From contig JAUQQL010000002.1 in NCBI GenBank assembly GCA_030578315.1, positions 8,251-72,250 of the forward strand: DNA of 64,000 nt, given 5' to 3'. Within the stretch, counting starts at the first letter, position 1. Each line of letters starts with the position of its first letter. Origin of the DNA: Thermodesulfobacteriota bacterium (GTDB lineage: Bacteria > Desulfobacterota > Thermodesulfobacteria > Thermodesulfobacteriales > Thermodesulfobacteriaceae). The notes below the pieces were generated by a model. The model did not search any database. It worked only from the letters and a program-made list of their open reading frames with translations, and was not told the origin of the DNA. Both the position numbers and the translations under genes were made by a program. Shown here piece after piece: positions 45,558-55,512 of the stretch.

Positions 45558-46534
45558 TCATATTTTAATAAATTAACACAATTTTTGAACTCCTCAAAAC
45601 TTAAAATACCGCTTCTACCAAAGTTTCTCAAACTCACGCCAGCTGAAATAATTCCTAATTTTAAAGCTTTTTCTAAAGACAACCCTAACCTCAAACCAGC
45701 TAAAACCCCTGCATTAAAATAGTCTCCTGCTCCAGTATTGTCAACTTTTATTGAAACTTCTAAAGCAGGTAAGTGTATAGTTTTTTCTGGAGTAATAACT
45801 TCTGCTCCTTTTTTTCCTTTTTTTAAAAAAGTAATTTTTATGCCTAAAGAAAACAAAGTTTCTAAAGATACATTAATTTTTTGAAGTTCATACTCTGTAA
45901 TAAACAAATAAGAGGTCTTTTTGAAAAAAGGAACAAGAAAGTCAAATCCAAGTTGAGCATAAATTTCTCCAGGGTCCAAAGAAATAGGGAATGAAATTTG
46001 TTCTAAAAGATTAAGTTGAAATTTTTGTCCATAAAGACTTGCTAAAGAAGAAAAGTGAAAAAGTTTTCCAGCGGGTAAACTTTTAAAGTTATAGTTTAAA
46101 AATGCTCTTTCTGAAGTTCCAGGACTTACAGCTATAAAACGGTCTTTATTTTTATCGAGCAAAATTAGGGCTAAACTTGTTTCTCCGCTTTGTAAGATAA
46201 AACTTCTATCTAATCTAACTTTTTCCCACTCCTCCAATAACTTTTTTCCAAAGGAATCTCGTCCAAGAGCTCCAATAAAACCACATCTGAAATTCCAGAG
46301 AGATAGAGCATAAATAGTATTAGCTGAAGAACCTCCTCCACACTCAAAGAGAAATTTCCCCTTTTTTTCTATGTAATTAAGAAATCTTAGGAAAATTTCT
46401 CTTTTGAGAATAATTTCTCTCCCAGGAGAAGGTTCTAAGTTTTCAAATTCGATCTCCTTAAAATCCTCTATTTCAAAAAATAAGTCCCAATTTAAAGCTC
46501 CACAACCTATAAATTCCAATTTCTGATTAATCAC
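45554..46534 (-). CDS. PfkB-family carbohydrate/nucleoside kinase
   Basis: GCGALNWDL, GGSSANT, DPG, KKGKKG, DNTGAGDYF. Confidence 0.9.
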   Translation of the reverse strand: MINQKLEFIGCGALNWDLFFEIEDFKEIEFENLEPSPGREIILKREIFLRFLNYIEKKGKFLFECGGGSSANTIYALSLWNFRCGFIGALGRDSFGKKLLEEWEKVRLDRSFILQSGETSLALILLDKNKDRFIAVSPGTSERAFLNYNFKSLPAGKLFHFSSLASLYGQKFQLNLLEQISFPISLDPGEIYAQLGFDFLVPFFKKTSYLFITEYELQKINVSLETLFSLGIKITFLKKGKKGAEVITPEKTIHLPALEVSIKVDNTGAGDYFNAGVLAGLRLGLSLEKALKLGIISAGVSLRNFGRSGILSFEEFKNCVNLLKYE

Positions 46535-46546
46535 TTTTAAAAATTT

Positions 46547-48550
46547 CTAAGAAATTTCTAAAGACTTCAGATAATTTATAGCTTTATTTAGTTCTTCCTC
46601 TCGCCCTATTAAATAGAGGATATCTCCTTTTTTTAAGATTTCTTCAGAGGAGGGATTTACTATAAAATCATGACCCCTCTTTATAGCCACGATAGTAGCT
46701 CCAGTTTTACTTCTTAAAGCTGCTTCTTTAATAGATTTTCCTGCAAGAGAGTTTTGAGCCAAAATTAAATAAGTTTGAATGTTTACATCCCTCAGAAATT
46801 CAAAATTTTCTGAAAGTTCTGGTTTTAGTTCTTCAACTATTCTAAAAGCACGGTAATGTTTACTTCTTATATTTTCTAAAAGTTCATAAATTACATTTTT
46901 AGGAATTTCATATCTTTCAAGAACTTTGGCAAAAATTTCTATGGAAACTTCAAATTCTTCAGGAATTACTTCATTTGCTCCCAGTTTCAGAAGTTCTTCA
47001 ATTTCAGCTACAAAAGAACTTCTGGCTATTATATAAAGTCCAGGATTTTCCTTTCGAGCTATAGAAACTATTTTGCGAGTAGCTATGATATCTCCCATAG
47101 AAATAACTAAAGCTTTAGCATTTTTTATTCCTAATTTATCAAGTATTTCTAAATTTGTAGCATCTCCGAAATATATAGGTTCACCCTTGTTTTTGTATTT
47201 TTTTACTGTAATTGGATTTAATTCCACTATTACATAGGGAATATTAAGAGTCTTAAGTCCGTAAACCACATTTTTACCTGCTACTCCGTATCCTACTACT
47301 ATGGTATGATTTTTAAAATGACTTTCTTTTTTATCTTTTCCTGACTCCAATTTTTTGTATCTCAAATATAACTTAGGAAAAAATATAGAGATTAAAAATT
47401 CTGACATTTTATGACTTCCCTGTATCCAGAACGGAGTTATAAAAAGAGAAATTACCGAAGCACCTATAAAAAGTTGATAAAAGTTATCTTCTATAAGACC
47501 AAGTTTTTTTCCCTCTAAAGCTAAGACAAAAGAAAATTCTCCTATTTGCAAGAGATAAAAGGTAGTTAAAAGTGAAATTCTAAAATTCCTATCTATAAAA
47601 TAATTAGAAAAAATAAGTCCTAAAAATTTTATTATCAAAAGAAAACCTAAAACTGTAAAAGTAAGAGAAAAATTAGCCCAAAAAAACTGAGGTTTTAAAA
47701 GTAGTCCTATAGAAACAAAAAAGATTGCCATTAACAGGTCTTTAAATGGTTTAATTTCAGCTATGCTTTGATATGCATACTCAGATTCAGAAATAACCAT
47801 ACCAGCTAAAAAAGCTCCGAGAGCTAAGGATAAACTTAAGTAATGTGAGAAAATAGCTGTTCCTAAGGCTAAACCCAGTATAGACATTAAAAAAAGTTCT
47901 CTACTTTTAGTCTTAGCAATTTGATGAAATAAAAAAGGTACTAAGTAATAGGCTCCTAAAAATAAAAAAGTTACTAAAATTAGAGATTTAAATAGTGAGA
48001 ATAAAGTGAGTTCCAATCTTTCGTTCTGACCTGCCAAAATAGGTAAAATCAACATAAGAAATACTACTGTCAAATCTTGGAAAATAAGGATTCCAAAGGA
48101 AGACCTACCGTAGGTAGTGTTAAGTTCACCTCTATCCATAAGAAGTTTAAGAACCATAGCAGTGCTACTCATAGTAACTAAGGTTCCGTAAAAGAACCCT
48201 TTAGAAATACTTTCTTTCAGAAAAAGTACTGAAAGTCCTAAGGTTACAAATAAAGTAAAAAGAAACTGAAAAAGCCCTTTCAAAAGTACTTCTTTTCTAT
48301 AGGTAACTAACTTTTTTATAGAAAACTCAATTCCTATAGTAAACATAAGAAATACCACTCCTATTTCAGCTAAGGTTTCTATTAAATGAATATTTCTTAA
48401 TAATCCAATCCCCGAAGGACCAACTAAAACACCTGCAACTAAAAATCCTACTACTGAGGGGATTCTTAATTTTGTAGTAATAAGAACTACCGGAATACAG
48501 ATTGCAAAGACAATCCACAAACTTTCTAAAACTTCTATTAACTTAAACAT
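46547..48550 (-). CDS. CPA2/KefC-type cation:proton antiporter with RCK-N (TrkA-N) and RCK-C (TrkA-C) domains
   Basis: LAEIGVVFLMFTIGIEFS, SSTA, ILIFQD, LGAFLAG, QIGEFSFV, GYGVAG, FGDAT, LRSKTGATIVAIKRG. Confidence 0.92.
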   Translation of the reverse strand: MFKLIEVLESLWIVFAICIPVVLITTKLRIPSVVGFLVAGVLVGPSGIGLLRNIHLIETLAEIGVVFLMFTIGIEFSIKKLVTYRKEVLLKGLFQFLFTLFVTLGLSVLFLKESISKGFFYGTLVTMSSTAMVLKLLMDRGELNTTYGRSSFGILIFQDLTVVFLMLILPILAGQNERLELTLFSLFKSLILVTFLFLGAYYLVPFLFHQIAKTKSRELFLMSILGLALGTAIFSHYLSLSLALGAFLAGMVISESEYAYQSIAEIKPFKDLLMAIFFVSIGLLLKPQFFWANFSLTFTVLGFLLIIKFLGLIFSNYFIDRNFRISLLTTFYLLQIGEFSFVLALEGKKLGLIEDNFYQLFIGASVISLFITPFWIQGSHKMSEFLISIFFPKLYLRYKKLESGKDKKESHFKNHTIVVGYGVAGKNVVYGLKTLNIPYVIVELNPITVKKYKNKGEPIYFGDATNLEILDKLGIKNAKALVISMGDIIATRKIVSIARKENPGLYIIARSSFVAEIEELLKLGANEVIPEEFEVSIEIFAKVLERYEIPKNVIYELLENIRSKHYRAFRIVEELKPELSENFEFLRDVNIQTYLILAQNSLAGKSIKEAALRSKTGATIVAIKRGHDFIVNPSSEEILKKGDILYLIGREEELNKAINYLKSLEIS

Positions 48551-48609
48551 AAGGTTATTATAATTATAATTAAAATTGTAAAGTTATCCATCGGATTTAT
48601 AGTATTTTT

Positions 48610-49248
48610 ATGCTTGATGAACTTAAAAAGCTACAGAAACTATTGTCTCAAAAAGTTAAACTTATCCCTTTAGTTCAATCTCTGAAATATATAGCTGGAG
48701 TTGACGTAGGTTATTTTTTAGAAGATAACTTAGCTCAAGCTGCAATTGTAGTAATGAGTTTTCCTGAATTAAAGGTTATAGAAACTAAGAAAACTCTTTT
48801 TACAGTTTCTTTTCCTTACATTCCAGGGTTTTTATCTTTTAGAGAGGTTCCAGGAATCTTAGAGGCTTTTAAAAGTTTAAAAATCAAACCCGATCTTTTA
48901 ATAGTAGATGGTCAAGGCATAGCTCATCCTAGAAAAGCAGGAATTGCAGTCCATTTAGGGGTGGAAGTTGGTCTTCCTACTATAGGATGTGCTAAAAAAC
49001 CTCTTTTAAAAGTATTTTGTATTTTGGATGAAAAACGTGGAGCTAAAATCCCAATTTATCTTGGAAATGAATTAGTAGGTTATGTGGTAAGAACCCAACC
49101 TAAAGTTAAACCAGTTTTCGTATCTCCAGGAAATCTCATTACTGTAGAAGAAGCAGTTGATTGGGTTTTAAAAACTGCTATCAAATTTCGTTTACCAGAA
49201 CCTTTAAGATTAGCTCATACTTTTTCTAAACAAAAAGTTTTAAAATAA
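48610..49248 (+). CDS. nfi: Endonuclease V
   Basis: AGVDVGY, FPYIPGFLSFRE, VDGQGIAHPR, IGCAKK, PVFVSPG, RLPEPLRLAH. Confidence 0.96.
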   Translation: MLDELKKLQKLLSQKVKLIPLVQSLKYIAGVDVGYFLEDNLAQAAIVVMSFPELKVIETKKTLFTVSFPYIPGFLSFREVPGILEAFKSLKIKPDLLIVDGQGIAHPRKAGIAVHLGVEVGLPTIGCAKKPLLKVFCILDEKRGAKIPIYLGNELVGYVVRTQPKVKPVFVSPGNLITVEEAVDWVLKTAIKFRLPEPLRLAHTFSKQKVLK

Positions 49249-49437
49249 GATATTTTTTAATCTAATATACGTTTATAAATATGGATGTTTCTCCTTACAC
49301 TTATAAAAAATATGTTTTTAAAAAATTTCTTTTCTAGAAGCTAGAACAAAAACAACTAAGTTTATACAGTTTATAAATTAATTTAGTAGATACAGTTCTG
49401 CTTTATGAGGCCTGAGATAAAATTTAATAAATAACTG

Positions 49438-50025
49438 TTACTGCTGGTTATTTATAGTTTTTAAGATTTCTCTTAATTCCTCTTCCCACTCTTCAAATGA
49501 CTTTTCTGAAGAAAATATTCGAGTTGCTTTTTTTTCTTTTTCAGAAAGAGGAATTTGAACCTTAATAAAAAATTCAGCTAATTCTAAAGGACATCCTCTC
49601 TCTAAAAGCCTTTTATGTTGAACTTCAGGTGAACAAGTAATTACCCACACCTCATCAAAAAACTTTTCCCATCCTACTTCAAAAAGAAGAGGAACTTCTA
49701 CAAATACTATTTTTTCTTCAGAATTTTTAATCAGAAATTCATCTAATTCTTTTTTAACTAAAGGATGAAAAATATTTTCAAGTTTTTCTTTTAATTCTTG
49801 ATTGTTCAAAATTTTCCTAGAAATAATTTTCTTATCAATTTCTCCTTCAAAATTTAGAACCTCATCTCCAAAGATTTCTACTATTCTTTTTTTTACTTCA
49901 GAGTCTTTATAAAATCTTTGAACGCTTTCGTCACAAGAAAAAGTTTTAAATCCAAATTTTTTAAGAAGTTTTAAGAAAGTGGACTTACCTGTACCAATCC
50001 CTCCAGTTATTCCTATTTTTTTCAT
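49438..50025 (-). CDS. coaE: Dephospho-CoA kinase
   Basis: IGITGGIGTGKST, LENIFHP, EVPLLFE. Confidence 0.94.
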   Translation of the reverse strand: MKKIGITGGIGTGKSTFLKLLKKFGFKTFSCDESVQRFYKDSEVKKRIVEIFGDEVLNFEGEIDKKIISRKILNNQELKEKLENIFHPLVKKELDEFLIKNSEEKIVFVEVPLLFEVGWEKFFDEVWVITCSPEVQHKRLLERGCPLELAEFFIKVQIPLSEKEKKATRIFSSEKSFEEWEEELREILKTINNQQ

Positions 50026-50236
50026 TTTAGTTTTTTTTAAATGATAACTTTGTGAGAAACTTTCATCAAATCTTACAAATAATATTATATTCTACAACTA
50101 TAATAAAAAAATCCTAAAGATGTTTTTTTTTTGTAAAGATTATTTGTAAAAATTAACAACAAAAAGAAATAATAGATATGCACAAAAATTTCGACCTACT
50201 ATCTTAAATTTTATGTTTTATAATACTTTAATAATT

Positions 50237-51337
50237 ATGAGTTTTTCTTGCGGCCTGGTCGGATTAACTAATGTAGGAAAATCTACCTTATTTAATGTTC
50301 TCTTAAAAAAGTTCCAAGCTGAAGTAGCTAACTATCCTTTCTGCACCATAGAACCAAATTTAGGAATTATAGAAATTCCTGACGAAAGATTAGAGCTTAT
50401 AGCTAAAAAAGAGGGAATATCTAAAATAGTTCCTTCTTATTTAAAGCTTATTGATATAGCTGGTTTAGTAAAAGGTGCAAGTAAGGGGGAGGGATTGGGA
50501 AACCAATTTTTAGCTCATATAAGAGAGGTTGATATTATATTATTTGTCTTGAGAGCTTTTGAGGATCCTCACATAGTAAATGTTCTTTCTAAAGTTGACC
50601 CCTTAGAAGAATTGGAGGTTCTTAAGATAGAATTAATTTTAAAGGACTTGGAAACTGTAGGAAAAAGACTAAACAAAGTGTCAAAACTAGCTAAAGCAGG
50701 ACAAAGTAAAGCAAAAGAAGAACTCATGTTTTTAGAAAAAATTAAAAATTTTTTAGAAAACGGAAAAATGATTTATTTTTTACTTAAAGAAGACTTTTTA
50801 GCTTACGAATACGCTAAAAAAGAACTTTTTTTACTTACTGCTAAACCTTTTATTTATATATTAAATATTGGAGAAGAAGATCTGATAGAGGAAAAGGAAT
50901 GTGTTAAAGTTTTTGAGAAAAAAAAGGAAAGTGAAGCTCCTGTAATAAAAGTATGTTCTAAATTAGAGTATGAGCTTTTATTTTTATCCTCTGAAGATGC
51001 GCAAGAATTTAAAGAATTTTATCATTTGAAAGATAATCCTTTTGATAAATTGACAAAAGAAATAATTAAACTTTTAAATTCAATTTTTTTCTTTACCTTT
51101 AATGAAAAGGAAGTCAGAGCTTGGGAGATAAAAAAGGGAACCCCGATAGTTAAGGCTGCTGGTAAAATTCACACAGACTTTGAAAAACATTTTGTGGTTG
51201 CCGAGGTTATAAACTTTGAAAGATATAAAAATTTTCTAAATCTTTCCCAAGCTAAAGAAAAAGGAGAAGTAAGACTAGAAGGCAAGTCCTATATAGTTGA
51301 AGATGGAGACATAATTTACATAAGAGTAGGAAAATAA
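50237..51337 (+). CDS. ychF: Redox-regulated ATPase YchF
   Basis: CGLVGLTNVGKSTLFN, ANYPFCTIEPN, DIAGLVKGASKGEGLGNQFL, AAGKIHTDF, RLEGKSYIVEDGD. ATG at 50237 preferred. Confidence 0.96.
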   Translation: MSFSCGLVGLTNVGKSTLFNVLLKKFQAEVANYPFCTIEPNLGIIEIPDERLELIAKKEGISKIVPSYLKLIDIAGLVKGASKGEGLGNQFLAHIREVDIILFVLRAFEDPHIVNVLSKVDPLEELEVLKIELILKDLETVGKRLNKVSKLAKAGQSKAKEELMFLEKIKNFLENGKMIYFLLKEDFLAYEYAKKELFLLTAKPFIYILNIGEEDLIEEKECVKVFEKKKESEAPVIKVCSKLEYELLFLSSEDAQEFKEFYHLKDNPFDKLTKEIIKLLNSIFFFTFNEKEVRAWEIKKGTPIVKAAGKIHTDFEKHFVVAEVINFERYKNFLNLSQAKEKGEVRLEGKSYIVEDGDIIYIRVGK

Positions 51338-51344
51338 GAAATTT

Positions 51345-52616
51345 CTATCTAGAATAAAACCATGGTAAAACTTTAGCTACAAAGTAAATAGAACCAGTAA
51401 TTAAAATTTTATAGTAATTTTGTTTCAAAGCTTCTTGTAGAGCTTTTTCTGGGTTTTCCCAGAAAGAAATTTTTTTAGTAAGAGAAACATTTTTTAAAGC
51501 TTTTTCCCAATCTTTTATAGTTACAATTTTTCTTGGAGAGGGAAATTCACAAATAAAGATCTCGGACGCTAAGGAAGCCAAGATTTCTAGCATTTTAACA
51601 AAAGGTTTATCCCCTTCTTCGTTAGAAACTCCCATTATTAATAAAAAGTCAGTAAAATTATCACAAATAAGATTTTTTTTTAGAGTTTCTACTCCTGAAG
51701 GATTATGAGCCACATCTATAAGAAAGTTTTTTCCTTGTAAAAAAAACTGTTGATACCTTCCAGGCCAATAAACTTCTTTTAAGGCTTCTCTTAAAAAATT
51801 TTCCTTAACTTTTAAAAAACCTTCATCTTCTAAAACTTCTAAAGTTTTTAAAGCACATCCTAGGTTTTCTCCTTGAAAATCCCCTTTTAGACTAAGTTCC
51901 AAATTTTCAAAAATGTGTTTTCCATAGTAATTCCATTTCAAGTTGTTTTTAGTTACCGTAAAATTTTTACCAAACCGAAACAGAATAATATCTAATTTCT
52001 TGGCTTTACTTTCAAAAACACACTTCACAGAGTCTTCTACATTCCCAACCACGCAAGGGATACCTCTTTTCATAATACCAGCTTTTTCCAAAGCTATTTT
52101 TTCTAAAGTATTACCTAAATAGTACATGTGGTCCCATCCTATATTCGTAATTATACTCACTTTGGGTTTAACCACATTAGTAGCATCTAAACGACCTCCA
52201 AGTCCACATTCAATTATAGCTATGTCTACTTTTTTTTCGTAAAAATATAAAAATGCTAGTGCAGTAGTAAGTTCAAAATAAGTAATAAGAAAATTTGAGG
52301 AAATTGTTTTTTTTAAAATTTTTAAATATTCTTCCAATTCTTCATCTGGTATTTCTTTTCCATTTATCTTGTAACGCTCATTTAATTTAAAAAGATGCGG
52401 AGAAGTATAGAGACCAGTTTTAAAACCATGTTTAGTTAGAATCTGAGCTAAAATAGAAGAAGTAGACCCTTTTCCATTAGTTCCTGCAACATGAATAGTT
52501 TGTATTTTTTTGTGAGGATTTCCTAAAAAACTCAAAATTTTGGTAATTCTTCCTAATCCAGGTTTTATTCCGTGAATTTGGTAATTATTTAACCATTTGA
52601 TAAGTTCTTCTAACAT
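51345..52616 (-). CDS. folC: Folylpolyglutamate synthase/dihydrofolate synthase
   Basis: HVAGTNGKGS, YTSPHL, ECGLGGRLDATN, IALEKAGI, WPGR, DVAHN, TGSIY. Confidence 0.96.
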   Translation of the reverse strand: MLEELIKWLNNYQIHGIKPGLGRITKILSFLGNPHKKIQTIHVAGTNGKGSTSSILAQILTKHGFKTGLYTSPHLFKLNERYKINGKEIPDEELEEYLKILKKTISSNFLITYFELTTALAFLYFYEKKVDIAIIECGLGGRLDATNVVKPKVSIITNIGWDHMYYLGNTLEKIALEKAGIMKRGIPCVVGNVEDSVKCVFESKAKKLDIILFRFGKNFTVTKNNLKWNYYGKHIFENLELSLKGDFQGENLGCALKTLEVLEDEGFLKVKENFLREALKEVYWPGRYQQFFLQGKNFLIDVAHNPSGVETLKKNLICDNFTDFLLIMGVSNEEGDKPFVKMLEILASLASEIFICEFPSPRKIVTIKDWEKALKNVSLTKKISFWENPEKALQEALKQNYYKILITGSIYFVAKVLPWFYSR

Positions 52617-52630
52617 AGTAAAAAAATTTT

Positions 52631-53665
52631 TTAAACTTTGAACTTATAAACCACTAAAACCATATATATTATATAAGTAAATCCTGAAAGAAGAAGGGCA
52701 TAAGGAGAAATTTTGTTATAAGTTTTTAAAAGCCACAGATAAAAAAAATTAAGAAAAATAGTAATTAGTGCAGCTACCAAAGCCAAACCTTTTATTTCCC
52801 AAGGAGTAAAAATAAGTCCTATACTTACTGGAAAAGTAGTTTGAAAAATCATAGCTCCTAATATATTTCCAAAAGCTAAAATATCTTTTCCTTTTAAGAC
52901 CCAAAGTAAACTATTACATTTTTCAGGAAGTTCAGTAGCAATTGGAGCTATAAGCAGGGAAAAAATCAGAGGATCTAATTTCCACCTTAAAGAAAGGATT
53001 TCCAAATTCTCAACAAAAAGGTCTGCTCCTTTTAATAAAAAAATTAAAGCTAAAAGAGTCTGAAAAAGGGCTAAAAATAAAGATAAAATCTGCGAATTAA
53101 ATTCTTTAGAAGTAAAAAAATTTAAAAACTTAATAAAGTGCAAATCCTCTTCCAACTCTAAGTTAGCACTTTTAGCTCTAAAAGTTTGTCGTAAGTAAAA
53201 AAAATAAGTTGAAATTAAGATAAAAGCTAATAAATAATTCAGAAAGAAAATTTTGGGAAATAGAAGAGGTAAAAAAATCGCTAACGAGTAGCTAAATAAA
53301 AAAAAAGAAAAGTTTCTTTTAAAAACATAAAACTCTAAGTAGATTTCTAGGTTTTTTCGCTTTTTAAGAAGATACCCTGCAAGCACTCCCAAGCCTATTA
53401 AAAAAAAGCCTACAGTTGAAAGCATAAAAGGAGCTCCTAAAATAGCTCCAGTTCCTATTTCTTTTCCTCTTTCTCCTTCATAAAAAAATATTGAAACCAG
53501 AGGAATAATTGTTTCTGGAAGGGCCGTCCCAATGGAAGCTAATACACTTCCTACTACTGCTTGGGAAAGAGAAAGTCGTTCACCTAAAATTTCAATTCCA
53601 TTAGTAAAAAGCTCAGAAGAAATAAAAATTAAAAAGAGAGAAACAATTAAAAAAATTATTTCCAT
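52631..53665 (-). CDS. Ca2+:cation antiporter (CaCA/YrbG-like) family membrane protein
   Basis: Two alpha repeats: SIGTALPE...GAILGAPF and PIATELPE...GNILGAM. Confidence 0.88.
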   Translation of the reverse strand: MEIIFLIVSLFLIFISSELFTNGIEILGERLSLSQAVVGSVLASIGTALPETIIPLVSIFFYEGERGKEIGTGAILGAPFMLSTVGFFLIGLGVLAGYLLKKRKNLEIYLEFYVFKRNFSFFLFSYSLAIFLPLLFPKIFFLNYLLAFILISTYFFYLRQTFRAKSANLELEEDLHFIKFLNFFTSKEFNSQILSLFLALFQTLLALIFLLKGADLFVENLEILSLRWKLDPLIFSLLIAPIATELPEKCNSLLWVLKGKDILAFGNILGAMIFQTTFPVSIGLIFTPWEIKGLALVAALITIFLNFFYLWLLKTYNKISPYALLLSGFTYIIYMVLVVYKFKV

Positions 53666-53672
53666 TAGAAAT

Positions 53673-54185
53673 TTATTTTTCTCTTGACCAATAAACTCTA
53701 ACTAATTTATCTCCTTTAGACCATTTAAATTCTAATTCACCTTTGTAAGCTCTATAAATAGCTCTGCCAAATCTTTGAGCTAGCTGATCGGTGGTGGTTT
53801 CTATAACAGTGGTATCGTCTTGCTCATAAATACTAATAATCTGATGTAAAGGATTAAGACCCCTAGCTTTTTCATATTCATTGTTAATAAGTTTCATAAT
53901 ATCTTCTCTATGAGTTTTCCAGAAATTGCCAGAAAGATATAAATATCCCATAGCATACTGTTCTAAAGCTTTTCTACATCCTGGACAAATAATATGAGGA
54001 ACATTTTCAGCCTCTTTTAACTCTTCATAAAGTTCGTCATCCTTAAACCATCTTTTGTCTTTAAATACAGCTTTACATCTAGGACATATAGCTTCGCCTG
54101 AGGGTGCAGATTTCATGGCATATGGGTCTTCACTAGTTTCAAATTCCCATGTATGGCGGATCCACTTATCTCCTTTTTTACTCAT
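53673..54185 (-). CDS. BCAM0308-family protein (NMD3-like zinc-ribbon)
   Basis: ICPRCKAVFKDKRW...ICPGCRK...GYLYLSG...NPLHQI...IETTTDQLAQRFGRAIYRAYKGEL...VRVYWSRE. Confidence 0.75.
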   Translation of the reverse strand: MSKKGDKWIRHTWEFETSEDPYAMKSAPSGEAICPRCKAVFKDKRWFKDDELYEELKEAENVPHIICPGCRKALEQYAMGYLYLSGNFWKTHREDIMKLINNEYEKARGLNPLHQIISIYEQDDTTVIETTTDQLAQRFGRAIYRAYKGELEFKWSKGDKLVRVYWSREK

Positions 54186-54240
54186 AAAACCTCCATTTTA
54201 AATTCTCGGAAATTTTCTAATTTAAAAATATAATTCCTTT

Positions 54241-55512
54241 TTAAAACCTTGTCAAAATTTCTTTAAAAATTTCTTTTTGCTTTTTCCAGTCACCGTAAAG
54301 TAAACCTCTTCCTAGAAGTTTATTTATAGTTTTCAAGAGAGAAACATCAAGTTCTCTAGGTTTTTCGCAAGAAAAGGGAGTCTGAGGAAGAGGCATAAAG
54401 GTGTGAGCGTGAATTATAGCTCCCATTTTAGTTAAATCTTCCATTGCTTTTATGGTAAGTTCTACATCTTCCTTAGTTTCTCCAGGTAATCCAAAAATAA
54501 AGTCTACTTTTGGCTTAAGTCCAGCTTTAACAGCAATCTTAACTGCTCTATAAACATCTTCTACAGTATGTTCCCTTTGACAAAGTTTTAAAATTCTATC
54601 ACTTCCAGATTGAGCTCCAATAATTAAATTGTTATTATCGGCATATTCTTTCACTAATTTCACTGTTTCTTCATTTACATGTTCAGGTCTTACTTCCGAA
54701 GGAAAAGAGCCAAAAAAAATGCGTCCACTTTTAGGTTTTACCAAAGTTTTTAAATTTTTTAAAAGTTCTTTTAAAGCTAAAATATTTAAAATTTTTCCGT
54801 CTGAAGAGCCGTAACTAAAGGCATTAGGAGTAATAAATCTAAAATCTTTAATTCCCATTTTAAGCAAAAATTCTACCCACTTTAAAATATTCTCAATTGA
54901 ACGGTGCCTTACTTTATTCCCAAAAATTCTCGGAGTTTGACAAAAAGCACACCTATAAGGACATCCTCGGGTAATTTCTATAGGACCAATTCGTTTATAC
55001 TTAAGAGAAAAAGGAGGATAGTTGTTCAAGTCTATTGTTTCATAATTTCCAGTAAAAGTTAGCTTTTCTTTTTTTAAAAAAGCTATTCCTTTAACTTTAT
55101 CTAAAGATTCATCTTTTAAAAGTGTTTTTAAAAATTCTGGTAAGCTTTTTTCTCCTTCTCTAACAAATACAAAATCAAAACCTATTTTTAAAGAATTTCT
55201 AATTTTTCCCGTAGAATGAGGTCCTCCAGCTATCAAAATAAGTCTATGTTTTTGAGTTTTAAAATGACTGTAAAAACATTTTATTATATTCTCAATTTCT
55301 AAAATCTGTAAAGTAAAAAAAGAAAAAGCTATAACAAGCTTTTGATGTTCTTCTAAAAGCGCTGAAGTTTTTAATACAAGATCTTCTTTTGTTTTTAAAA
55401 AATAAACTGGAACTTCTGATAAAACTTCTTCTAATTCTAAACTCCCTAAAAGCGCATTGAAACTATAACGATTAGTCTTAGAATCAAAAATAACCAAACC
55501 AAGTTTTTTCAT
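54241..55512 (-). CDS. B12-binding radical SAM protein (TIGR04013/MJ_1487-like)
   Basis: NRYSFNALLGSLE, AGGPH, EGE, IEITRGCPYRCAFCQTP, RFITPNAFSYGS, FGSFPSEVRPE, HAHTFMPLP. Confidence 0.87.
   Translation of the reverse strand: MKKLGLVIFDSKTNRYSFNALLGSLELEEVLSEVPVYFLKTKEDLVLKTSALLEEHQKLVIAFSFFTLQILEIENIIKCFYSHFKTQKHRLILIAGGPHSTGKIRNSLKIGFDFVFVREGEKSLPEFLKTLLKDESLDKVKGIAFLKKEKLTFTGNYETIDLNNYPPFSLKYKRIGPIEITRGCPYRCAFCQTPRIFGNKVRHRSIENILKWVEFLLKMGIKDFRFITPNAFSYGSSDGKILNILALKELLKNLKTLVKPKSGRIFFGSFPSEVRPEHVNEETVKLVKEYADNNNLIIGAQSGSDRILKLCQREHTVEDVYRAVKIAVKAGLKPKVDFIFGLPGETKEDVELTIKAMEDLTKMGAIIHAHTFMPLPQTPFSCEKPRELDVSLLKTINKLLGRGLLYGDWKKQKEIFKEILTRF

Noticed and set aside
49249-49437. Spacer between nfi and coaE as small gene or sRNA
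   Set aside because: Only an 18-codon ORF without an SD, and no stable structure visible.
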